Shown one piece after another: positions 37,542 to 46,156 of a stretch of 64,000 bases of DNA. Where the stretch lies: the IMG/VR virus record IMGVR_UViG_3300035698_019959, positions 443 to 64,442 of that record; one strand, given 5' to 3'. The stretch's first letter is position 1. Each line of letters starts with the position of its first letter. The translations under genes were made by a program, and so were the position numbers. The DNA is from a virus (lineage: Duplodnaviria > Caudoviricetes). The notes beneath the pieces were generated by a model. The model worked only from the letters and a program-made list of their open reading frames with translations. It did no database searches and was not told where the DNA came from.

Positions 37542-37748
37542 GTGTTAGCAAGGGATGCAAAAGAAGGGTATTATAAAACTAAAAGAGGGGCAACTGTACG
37601 GGTGGTGAGCAAGGCTTCAAAATATTTCCCACCAAGACCAAAGAAAGGAGCTGTACCGTATAAAAGGAAGAAAAAAGCTGATTTTATGATTTATGGATGG
37701 TTACCAGAAGATTATGAATTAATTTTAAAGGAGGAACAATGTTATTAA
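37542..37748 (+). CDS. basic hypothetical protein
   Basis: GGGGAG RBS before GTG 37542. Confidence 0.6.
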   Translation: MLARDAKEGYYKTKRGATVRVVSKASKYFPPRPKKGAVPYKRKKKADFMIYGWLPEDYELILKEEQCY

Positions 37749-38571
37749 ATTCAGAAAAATTAGAAGATCTGTATGAAGAAATAGGTTTTCCAGTGGAACA
37801 AAAAGAAGTTTTCGCTGAAGTGGGTGGAGATCGGGTGTTAACGAAAGCAAAAGCGATAATAAGAACAGATACTAATACGTCCCTGGCGGTCATGTCAAAT
37901 AAATATGGGTTAATTCCCCATAAAGAGACATTTGAGCGTGCACTGGGCCATCTGGATAGCCTGAGTATGGACTATGAGCTTGTAAAGCACGAGATAACAC
38001 ATAGTGGAGCTCGAATGATCGCGGAATTTGGGATCCCAGAATTAAGCTATAAATTTCCGGATAGTGATGAAATTGATTTCCATCTAATTTTCAAGAACAG
38101 CTATGATGGTTCTTGGAGTTTTGATTTTTCGTGCGGGTTTTTAGATTGATTTGTAGCAATGGCCTTATGATCGGAAAAGTTCTTGAGAAGATTTCACAAA
38201 AACATACTCGGAACATTAGTATAAACGCCAAAACATCTGCAGATGGATTAAGAAACTATTTGTTAGCAGCTAAAACAAATGGAACGGAGAAATTCGTTGC
38301 GATGAAAGAGCATAAAGTCACTCCTGATCGTGGAATAGAAATAATCAAAAAATCAGTTGAAGATAAGGTCTGGTCGAAGAGAAGGGAAGAACAGGTTATT
38401 TACTATTATAGGAACAAGGTTGATGCTTTTAGTAATGACAATTTGTTTGATGTTTTTAATGGTTACACCAGAACTTTAAGAGACCTAGAATCGAAGATGA
38501 ATTTTGCAAGGCGAGAAGGGCTGAGTTCTGAGGTGTTCGGGTATTTGTATTCTAACCATATGGCAGCGTAA
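37739..38571 (+). CDS. DUF932-like protein, split by a 1-nt frameshift near 38140
   Basis: S.KY.LI.H, NSYDGS in ORF 37739-38149; FRLICSNGL...H in ORF 38131-38571; one extra T in the T5 run joins them. Confidence 0.75.
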
Positions 38572-38623
38572 TTTTTAAATTATTTTAAAATAGGAGACAA
38601 CAATGCATTATAAAGGAGGAATA

Positions 38624-38866
38624 ATGAATTATGATTTAGTTCCAGAAAATGTAAAAGATTCGATAGTACGATATGTAGATCACCGAATTGAACCAGGAAG
38701 CTTTCTAATAGCGGTTTTGTCCAACAATTTAAGCGAAGCGGTGGGGAGGGCAGATCATATAAATATTAGACTTCTCCCTGAGATTGTGAATTTCATTTAC
38801 AACAAAATTCCTGCCGGATGCTGGGGGAGTTTCGATAAAGTATCGAAATGGCTGGAGGAAAGGTAA
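38624..38866 (+). CDS. conserved small phage protein
   Basis: RY..H...PGSFL.AVL.N.L..AV.RAD..N......P..CWGS...V..W; AGGAGG RBS before ATG 38624. Confidence 0.75.
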   Translation: MNYDLVPENVKDSIVRYVDHRIEPGSFLIAVLSNNLSEAVGRADHINIRLLPEIVNFIYNKIPAGCWGSFDKVSKWLEER

Positions 38867-38869
38867 GCT

Positions 38870-39196
38870 ATGAGTCTTCAGAATAGGTATAAAAAGATTA
38901 GGAAGGAACATTTTGCCAATTTAATCGAGGGCGAGATCAAGTATGGGCAAATTGGTTCAAAGGATTACTATATTACATATGATGAGAACAAAAACTATGT
39001 AATAGAGATTCACTCTTGTCATCGAGGAGGGAGGATATTAAATGATATCATAAAGATGGCGATGATTAAGGTGTGTTTGGATTTGTATTCTAATGAGTGG
39101 AATCCTTATGAACGAGAAAGGCTTATTTTAAAGAAAGCAAGAGAAGTTGGTATTTCTATGAGATTGTTGAAAGATGAGTTGAGAGGGTTGTTATAA
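38870..39196 (+). CDS. hypothetical protein
   Basis: ORF in early island. Confidence 0.6.
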   Translation: MSLQNRYKKIRKEHFANLIEGEIKYGQIGSKDYYITYDENKNYVIEIHSCHRGGRILNDIIKMAMIKVCLDLYSNEWNPYERERLILKKAREVGISMRLLKDELRGLL

Positions 39197-39223
39197 ATCA
39201 AATTTTAAAAAGGAGAGTAAAAA

Positions 39224-39448
39224 ATGAGAGACAAATTATTAAGAAAGCATTTGGGAGTGGAGGAACGCCATAATTATTTAGATAAGTATTTGGGTGGGAT
39301 TGGTTATGGGAAACTAGCAAACATTAACACAAGACTTGAAAGTCAAAGTGCGATTATTTATCAGCTTTTAGATCATTTAGGGCTTGAGGCTAAATATGAA
39401 AAGGGTCATAGTGGTAAGTTCATTGTGGCCCCTAAGGAGGAAAAATAA
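39224..39448 (+). CDS. hypothetical protein
   Basis: AAGGAG RBS. Confidence 0.65.
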   Translation: MRDKLLRKHLGVEERHNYLDKYLGGIGYGKLANINTRLESQSAIIYQLLDHLGLEAKYEKGHSGKFIVAPKEEK

Positions 39449-39597
39449 TGGAGTTTTTATTTAAACTTATATTGGGATTAGTGGTATTTAAAGCTATTGT
39501 CATAGGATCTGAATTTAATTTTCATTATTGGTTTAGAGATGGGAAAAGATATACAGAGTGGTATAACAATCGACCGGAATATAAAAAGGAGGAATAA
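39448..39597 (+). CDS. 49-aa membrane-anchored peptide
   Basis: AAGGAGG RBS; TAATG overlap; hydrophobic N-terminus. Confidence 0.55.
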   Translation: MEFLFKLILGLVVFKAIVIGSEFNFHYWFRDGKRYTEWYNNRPEYKKEE

Positions 39598-39598
39598 A

Positions 39599-40000
39599 AT
39601 GAAAATAGTAATAAACGGAGGTTATGGTGGTTTTGGTTTGAGCGATAAAGCAATCTTAAAATTATATGAGCGAAAATGTCCTGTTGTTGAAGCTACCGAT
39701 CCTAAGGAATATTATGGTGGTGCAGAAGATTGGGAGGAAGATTTTAAGAGAGATCAGGACAATGAAAAAAGTATTTTTGGAATTATAGTGGCTTTTGATG
39801 GGAAAATTGTTCGTTTGGATAGAGAAGAAGCACACCGAGGTCATCCTGATTTAATTGCTGTAGTAGAAGAACTGGGCAAAGAAGCAAGTGGTAAGTACGC
39901 AAAATTAAAGATTGTAGAAATTCCTGACGATGTTGAATGGGAGATAGATGAGTATGATGGTTGGGAAAGTGTTCATGAAAAGCATAGAAAGTGGGAGTGA
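39599..40000 (+). CDS. conserved phage protein
   Basis: MKIVIN..YGGFGLS..A, R.HPDLI.VVEELG..A.G..A.LKIVEIPDDV.W.I.EYDG.E.V.E.HR.W; AGGAGG RBS. Confidence 0.8.
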   Translation: MKIVINGGYGGFGLSDKAILKLYERKCPVVEATDPKEYYGGAEDWEEDFKRDQDNEKSIFGIIVAFDGKIVRLDREEAHRGHPDLIAVVEELGKEASGKYAKLKIVEIPDDVEWEIDEYDGWESVHEKHRKWE

Positions 40001-40017
40001 TCAAGGAAAGGAGGAAT

Positions 40018-40233
40018 ATGTCTGAATATATTATTAGAAAAGCTTTAACTAATTTGGGGATTGATCGCAAAATAGATTTGCAAATTGCTTTCCAAGAAAA
40101 GTGGGGGATTCTTAATATGCAATTAGATCAAGAAGGAAAACTTGCTTTAAAAATTAAAAGAGAGATTTACGCCTTAAAGAATGAAAAATTATATTGGAAG
40201 TGGAGCAAGGACCCTAAAGAAATGTGGGAATAA
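40018..40233 (+). CDS. hypothetical protein
   Basis: AGGAGG RBS before ATG 40018. Confidence 0.6.
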   Translation: MSEYIIRKALTNLGIDRKIDLQIAFQEKWGILNMQLDQEGKLALKIKREIYALKNEKLYWKWSKDPKEMWE

Positions 40234-40276
40234 TAAAAAGAACTATAACTCATAAAAAAGAAGAAGGGAAATAAAA

Positions 40277-40447
40277 ATGATTTCAAAAAAAATAGAATAT
40301 TTTACACCAGAAAGAATAGTTGAAGATTTTGCGGTTTGTTTGGATTATTGTCGTGATATAAATAAAGAAATGAGCTTTTTTGCTTCTTTATTAAAGGAAT
40401 TAGAAAATAAGGGGGTTTTGTTGGTTCAGTGTATAGAGCCAAAATAA
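40277..40447 (+). CDS. 56-aa hypothetical protein
   Basis: AAGGGA RBS; ends just before the terminator. Confidence 0.5.
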   Translation: MISKKIEYFTPERIVEDFAVCLDYCRDINKEMSFFASLLKELENKGVLLVQCIEPK

Positions 40448-40472
40448 AAAGTAAAAATAATAATTTTAAAAA

Positions 40473-40502
40473 GCGGGAGCCATAACGGCTCCTGTTTTTT
40501 TT
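40473..40502 (+). terminator. intrinsic terminator closing the early island
   Basis: GCGGGAGCC/GGCTCCTGT stem with T run; A run on the 5' side. Confidence 0.85.
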
Positions 40503-40528
40503 ATCTAAAATTCTCGTTTTATCCTTAA

Positions 40529-40557
40529 TTTAAAAAACCAGTAAAACATTATATAAT
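40529..40557 (+). promoter_or_regulatory. putative late promoter for the tail operon
   Basis: TTTAAA-N17-TATAAT. Confidence 0.65.
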
Positions 40558-40591
40558 TATTTATAATTGTAGTGTTAGAGGAGATATCAAC

Positions 40592-41515
40592 GTGGGAGTC
40601 CCACTTACAGAGTTTTATCTAGAATTTATTCTCCGCGAAGGACTGAAGCAGTTGCGGGCAAGTCCCGAAACCATTCAAGAGTTGTTTTCAGATTTTATGG
40701 ATGATTACTTGGTGAATACTTATGGCGGCGAGACTGTAAAAAATATAGTAAAATATATTCAGGATAAAGAGTTTCATATAGTGCAAAGTTGGCCTTTAGA
40801 AGAGACGAGAATGCCTTGTTGCTCTATAAATGTGGTTTCTACCACTGAACAAGCTGGTCGGGAAATGCTTGAAAATTATGTTGGGTATGAAGATGAAGAT
40901 ATGACTCCTACGGTAATTGTTTCTAGTTTTACTCCTACTGCTTATGACGAAGGGTATGTAATAGTTCCTGACACTGTTGTTTTAGACAATGTTCTTACTG
41001 GTTATGTTTTTGTAGATGCCGCTGAGGACGAGTTTGCAATTCTAACAGTTATTAATGAAACAGGAAATAAAAAGATAGGCATAGGTACTGGTGAAAGCGT
41101 CACAATCGGCGCAGGCTGCTACATAAGAGGTTTGGTGGATCATGTATCTTATGACACCAAACAAATAGCTTTGCAGGAGAATTTGGTTTTAGGAATTCAT
41201 GCCAAAGACAATCCTGCAGAATGTAAATATTGGTACTATGTTATAATGTATTTGTTAGCAAGCAATACGCTTTTATTTGAACGTAAGGGATTGCAAGTAC
41301 AAAATACTACGGTAACAGATTTTAATAGAGCTTTAGGCTTTATGCCTGAAGGGGTTTTTACCCGATTTATTAATATTGGGTTCTTAACTTGGATGAGCTG
41401 GAAGGGTAGCGCTCAGGCTTCTGCAGATGGCGCTGTTAATATTGTTAGGGTTCAAAAGGATATAGTGGAAGTTCCAATAACGTCCTTAAAATCTGTTATA
41501 ACGACAGAGGATTAA
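40592..41515 (+). CDS. putative tail terminator/completion protein
   Basis: Position two genes before the sheath; ...SWP.....PC.SI pattern; GTG start with GAGGAG RBS. Confidence 0.6.
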   Translation: MGVPLTEFYLEFILREGLKQLRASPETIQELFSDFMDDYLVNTYGGETVKNIVKYIQDKEFHIVQSWPLEETRMPCCSINVVSTTEQAGREMLENYVGYEDEDMTPTVIVSSFTPTAYDEGYVIVPDTVVLDNVLTGYVFVDAAEDEFAILTVINETGNKKIGIGTGESVTIGAGCYIRGLVDHVSYDTKQIALQENLVLGIHAKDNPAECKYWYYVIMYLLASNTLLFERKGLQVQNTTVTDFNRALGFMPEGVFTRFINIGFLTWMSWKGSAQASADGAVNIVRVQKDIVEVPITSLKSVITTED

Positions 41516-41537
41516 AAAAAATAAGGAGATTTTATAC

Positions 41538-41834
41538 ATGCCAGAAGATATAAAAAAAGAAGAAGTAAAAGAAGAGGCAAAAGAAATTTTAAAAAAGGAA
41601 GAGCCTGTGAAAAAACCTAAAAAGGCTAAAAGAAAAGAGCCTAAGACGGTTATTCGGACAAAACCTCTTCCAAAAATAAAACTAATTTCTTTTGATGTGT
41701 TTTTTAATTTGACTAGATCAAAAAATAGAAAAATAAAAGCACATCATAAAAAACCAATGGAAATATTTTTTAGAAACGAATGTGGTTTGCTCGCAACAAG
41801 AGAAGTTTTTGATAAAGTTTTAAAGAAGTATTAA
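41538..41834 (+). CDS. small basic protein preceding the sheath gene
   Basis: AAGGAG RBS; usual position in Herelleviridae-like tail operons. Confidence 0.6.
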   Translation: MPEDIKKEEVKEEAKEILKKEEPVKKPKKAKRKEPKTVIRTKPLPKIKLISFDVFFNLTRSKNRKIKAHHKKPMEIFFRNECGLLATREVFDKVLKKY

Positions 41835-41850
41835 GAAAGGAGACTAAATA

Positions 41851-44382
41851 ATGAGTATTGAAGTTAATTACGCAGGCCAAACTATTTATAAGCCTGGAGT
41901 ATATAGCAAGTCTACGGTCTTACAAGCGGGAGGATTTCCGCTGTTGGGCGCAAGCATTGCTGGTATTGTTGGTGAAGCAGTTAATGGTGCTCCAGGATCC
42001 GAAACGGATGAGGGTGTCCAAACATATGCAAGTTCACAGATGTCTGATATTTTAGAAAAATATGTGGGTGGACCGATTGTTGAAGCTTGTAAGGCACTTA
42101 TTAATCCGGCAAGAGATGCAAGAATCCCTGGTGGTACAGATTATATTAAAATTTATAAAACAAATCAAAGTACACAAGCAACAGGTACGGTTCAAAATGA
42201 ATCGGCAACACCTTCGACTTTATATAATATCAACTCCAAAAATTATGGAGCTGATGAGAATTATATTTATTATTATATTACAGAAGGAACTACGGAAGAT
42301 AGTCAGTTTGTTTTAAATTCTGGTGCAATTACATTCCCTGTTACTTTTGTTCTTGGTGATACTTTAGTTTTGACAGTTAATGGGATAGCTTATACATATA
42401 CTGTTGCAGCTTCAGCTGGTGCAAAGGCAGATGTTGCGGCGGTTCTTACTGCTCTTAATACAGATGCAGAATGGGCACCAAGTAATCCTATTACTGCTAC
42501 AGCAGGTTCAGTTACGAACACTATAGTTCTTACTATGGATGAAACTAATGCTGCATTGGATGAGTATAATGCGATGCATGAATATTCAATGTGTTATAGA
42601 ATTGGTATCGGCCCTGATCTTGCAACATATTTGATCAATCTTGGTAGTAAATTAAATTTTCTTAGTAAAGAAGCTTTTAATGCTGCTGGAACGGTAAGTG
42701 GAACTTTTGGTGTTGCTGCTGGCACTATTTTAAGTGTTGGTTCGTTTGTTTCTGTCGATGATGATGGTAGTGCTTCTCTTGATGGGTTTGTTACATCAAT
42801 TACAGGGGCAGCTCCAGCCGTTATTGTTCAGTTGAATTATGGTAATGTCGATTTAAGTATGTATACTCCTAATCCTGGTATTGAGGCTCAAGTTTATGCC
42901 AACGGATCTTCTGTAGATTTAACGACCCTTGCGGTCACGGAAGGTGCGGCTGGCCCGTCTCGAGGATATAGAGGAACAAGACTTTGGACTGTTGGTAGGA
43001 ATAATACGATAGAAACGCTTAATGAAAATGATAATAATGTTATGTTGAGATTATGGTATGTTGGAACAGGAACAGCTTGTACAATGTCCATAAAAGACGT
43101 AGCAAGTGTAAGAACACTTACCACCACTGTTACAGCAGGTGCGGGAAGTGAAGATTTAAGTGTTTCTCTTAGAGATTATACGATTCAAGAGCTTTGTGAT
43201 TATATTAATAATTTCGCAAGTGGTGTCTATAAAGCGTATCCTGTTTATGGTAATAAAACTACTCAAACATGTGATATTTTAGATTATTACAACGGAATAG
43301 ATGTTCGTTCCATGCCTTTAGAATTAAAGGCTGTTTGTGACGAGATTGAAACAATTGTGAATAATCAATCTGAATTAATAGATATCGAATTACAAAGTAA
43401 TGTTTATGGTGCTTTAGAAACAATAACATCTACATTAAAAGAATTTTTAAGTGGGGCAGTAAGAGGAGTAAGCACAAATACTAATTTTCAAAGTGGATTT
43501 GATGCTCTTGCTCAGACAAGATGTAATACTGTTGTTCCATTAATTTCTAGGGATGCTACAGATGATATTGCTGATGGTGATACTGATCCTAGCTCTACTT
43601 ATACAATTGCATCTGTGAATGTAATGGCAGATACTCATTGTAGAACAGCTTCTAATGTCATTAATAGAAGTGAAAGAGATTGTTATGTTTCTTATTTGAA
43701 TGCTAGTTTTGCTGCCTGTAGAACAGCTTCTGAAAATATTAATTCAGAATTTACTAGTTTCACAATTCAAGAGGTTCAAGATTATAATGTAGAAGGAAGT
43801 GTAATTTGGAAACAACCTTATATCTTGGCTTGTATAGGTGCAGGCATGCAGTTAGGGGCAGATATTGGAACTCCTATTACTTTTAAACAACCTAATGTAT
43901 TGGGCATAAGACATGCAGATTTTGATTCTAATGATCCAGGAGATATAAATTTTGCGATTAAATCCGGTATCCTTGTTGTTGAGGAACCTGATGTTGGTGG
44001 CTTCAGAATTGTAGTTGGAAACTCAACCTATATTAAAGATTCCAACGGAGTTTATAATCGTAAGAGCGTATTTAAAGCAGCTCAGTATGTTGCCTATAAT
44101 CTTAGACAGCAAATTGAATCGTTATATATTGGAAATAAATTAGTTAATGTAGATAGCAGTGCTGAATCTATAAAATCTAGCGTGATGGCAATTATGACTA
44201 GATTTAAAGATGACAATATTATTGTTGGTGATGACACCAATGGTGGTCTTGGATATAAGGGATTGTCGGTTAGAGTTGATGGAAATATTATTTATATTGA
44301 TATCACCATAACGCCTGTTCCTGGAATTGATTTTGTTTTAGCAACATTAACAATAGATACTGTTAAGACAATAGTAGAATAA
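41851..44382 (+). CDS. contractile tail sheath protein
   Basis: G.TIY.PG.YS, IVGEA..GAP, GTPITFK, LR..IE..YIG, PVPGIDFVL. Confidence 0.9.
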   Translation: MSIEVNYAGQTIYKPGVYSKSTVLQAGGFPLLGASIAGIVGEAVNGAPGSETDEGVQTYASSQMSDILEKYVGGPIVEACKALINPARDARIPGGTDYIKIYKTNQSTQATGTVQNESATPSTLYNINSKNYGADENYIYYYITEGTTEDSQFVLNSGAITFPVTFVLGDTLVLTVNGIAYTYTVAASAGAKADVAAVLTALNTDAEWAPSNPITATAGSVTNTIVLTMDETNAALDEYNAMHEYSMCYRIGIGPDLATYLINLGSKLNFLSKEAFNAAGTVSGTFGVAAGTILSVGSFVSVDDDGSASLDGFVTSITGAAPAVIVQLNYGNVDLSMYTPNPGIEAQVYANGSSVDLTTLAVTEGAAGPSRGYRGTRLWTVGRNNTIETLNENDNNVMLRLWYVGTGTACTMSIKDVASVRTLTTTVTAGAGSEDLSVSLRDYTIQELCDYINNFASGVYKAYPVYGNKTTQTCDILDYYNGIDVRSMPLELKAVCDEIETIVNNQSELIDIELQSNVYGALETITSTLKEFLSGAVRGVSTNTNFQSGFDALAQTRCNTVVPLISRDATDDIADGDTDPSSTYTIASVNVMADTHCRTASNVINRSERDCYVSYLNASFAACRTASENINSEFTSFTIQEVQDYNVEGSVIWKQPYILACIGAGMQLGADIGTPITFKQPNVLGIRHADFDSNDPGDINFAIKSGILVVEEPDVGGFRIVVGNSTYIKDSNGVYNRKSVFKAAQYVAYNLRQQIESLYIGNKLVNVDSSAESIKSSVMAIMTRFKDDNIIVGDDTNGGLGYKGLSVRVDGNIIYIDITITPVPGIDFVLATLTIDTVKTIVE

Positions 44383-44405
44383 ACAATAAGAAAGGAGAAT
44401 GATAA

Positions 44406-44822
44406 ATGGCAACACTTATACCTTCAGGATCACGAATAGCGTTTAAGATTAATGGCGTTAAAGTGGCATTCGCGACTGGAGTTTCTTTTGATGTAGCTTA
44501 CCTAACTATACCTGCTCATCTTTTAGATCAGGCAGATGTTGCGGAACACGTAGAGGCTGGATATGATATTACTTTTTCAGCTACTAAATTTAGGGTTCCC
44601 AACAAATCTTTAAAACAATTGGGTATTGAGCCTTCATTAGAAACTTTATTAACTAGACCAGAGCTTGAGGCTGAAATATACGATAGAGTAGTGGATAAAA
44701 CATTACATCGTTTTGAGGGCGTGAAGCTCACAAGTAAAGCTGGTAGTGTAAATGCTAGAGATATTTTTAATATGACTCTTAATTTTGTTGCTCGTAAAGA
44801 AACTGATGAGTCTAGTACGTAA
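44406..44822 (+). CDS. tail tube protein
   Basis: 138 aa directly after the sheath; SGSR..FKING.KVAFAT.VS. Confidence 0.85.
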   Translation: MATLIPSGSRIAFKINGVKVAFATGVSFDVAYLTIPAHLLDQADVAEHVEAGYDITFSATKFRVPNKSLKQLGIEPSLETLLTRPELEAEIYDRVVDKTLHRFEGVKLTSKAGSVNARDIFNMTLNFVARKETDESST

Positions 44823-44842
44823 GTATTTGTATTAGTTGAATG

Positions 44843-44872
44843 GGGGAGAGGGGTAATTGTCTCCTCTCCCTT
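44843..44872 (+). terminator. stem-loop after the tube gene (terminator or mRNA stabiliser)
   Basis: GGGAGAGGGG/CTCCTCTCCC stem; weak T tail. Confidence 0.6.
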
Positions 44873-44902
44873 AAATAAAATAAAATTAAAAGGAGAATTA
44901 AA

Positions 44903-45304
44903 ATGAATCTAACGAACCTCCCCTCAATGGAATATTCTTTCGATCTTAAAGTTAAAGGTAAAAACACCGGATACTTATATGAAGGTAATTTTGTCTATAA
45001 AAGATTAAATTATTTTGCCAAGAATGAAGCTGCCAAATATACAACTCAAATAAGTGGTGATTTAACAAATTTAGATTTGAATATTCAGAATATAAATTTT
45101 ATATTGGGGATATTAAGACTTGGGCTTACAGAATTCCCTGAGTGGTGGGAAGATTCTAATTTTGGTTTAGATCTTTATGATGATAATATTATTTCGAAAA
45201 TTTATGACAAGATTAATAAATTTGAAAAGAAATGGCATGATGAAGTTTGGGCAAAAGAACCCCAAAAACCAAAAATAAAAGATGAAAAAACCCCAAAAGA
45301 ATAA
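44903..45304 (+). CDS. tail assembly chaperone
   Basis: Between tube and tape measure; Y.G.F..KR, P.WW......DL.D..I...IY. Confidence 0.75.
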   Translation: MNLTNLPSMEYSFDLKVKGKNTGYLYEGNFVYKRLNYFAKNEAAKYTTQISGDLTNLDLNIQNINFILGILRLGLTEFPEWWEDSNFGLDLYDDNIISKIYDKINKFEKKWHDEVWAKEPQKPKIKDEKTPKE

Positions 45305-45813
45305 GGGCGAGCAATATGACGGTTCCAACTAATAAAAGCAGATGGATAGGCCGTGAACAACAGGTAGCGGAGTTTATACCTCCCAATAGTAATGTTCTAG
45401 ATTTGGGTGGATGGCGGGCTTATTTAAAAGAGACTCACGGTAAATTAAACAAATATATTTGTGTTGATCGTCATCCCGAAGCTAAAGCAGATATTGTTGC
45501 TGATTTTAATAAAAATGAATTTCCTGAAATTGAATTGGAAGATTGTGTTATTGTTTGTGTTGGGCTTTTAGAATATTTAAAAGATGTTCCTTCTTTTTTA
45601 AGAAACATAAGAAAATATGGCAATAAATTAATAGTAACATATCTTCAAAGAATAGATTTTGCAAAACCCATGGGTGATTTGTGGCTTAATAATTATAGTT
45701 ATGTCGAGCTTTTGGATGTTTAAAAAAAACGGGATGGGAGCTAAAGCGTATAGAAATAGTGAAGGGTATGCGGCAGCTTATTTTAATATATGAAAAAAAC
45801 CCAAAAGAATAAG
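45282..45813 (+). repeat. 24-bp direct repeat pair (45282-45305, 45790-45813) bracketing the methyltransferase gene
   Basis: ATGAAAAAA(C/A)CCCAAAAGAATAAG, 23/24 identical. Confidence 0.9.
45316..45812 (+). CDS. class I SAM methyltransferase-like protein, frameshifted near 45720 (ORF track stops at 45723)
   Basis: VLDLGG, CVD, DFNK.EFP, GLLEYL.D; -1 frame continues LKKTGWELKRIEIV...YEKNPKE*. Confidence 0.7.
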
Positions 45814-46146
45814 AGCACTATAAAGAATATAGAGAAACTAGCTTTTAAAAATATTTATGAAGTTAATTCCGAGGAAAAATTAACACGATTTTTAAAAGTT
45901 TGGTGGTGTAAGTATTATAAACGGCCTTCCAAAGATCCTCTTTTTTGTCAATATACTTTTGAAGAACTATTACTTGAGTATTTTGAACAAAATTTAATAA
46001 ATAATGATAAAAGATTTGATGAGATCGCAGAAGATTGGTTAATCAATTCTCAGGGTATGGATGATGAGGAGTGGTACGAGAAACAAGAAAGAGAATTACA
46101 AGAAAAAATAGAGAGTGGCGATTTAGAATTTAACGATAAGTTTTAA
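45790..46146 (+). CDS. second tail assembly chaperone (pre-tape-measure)
   Basis: WW..YY..P..DPLF..YT.EELL.EYFE motif; position. Confidence 0.7.
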   Translation: MKKTQKNKSTIKNIEKLAFKNIYEVNSEEKLTRFLKVWWCKYYKRPSKDPLFCQYTFEELLLEYFEQNLINNDKRFDEIAEDWLINSQGMDDEEWYEKQERELQEKIESGDLEFNDKF

Positions 46147-46156
46147 GGAATAAAAG

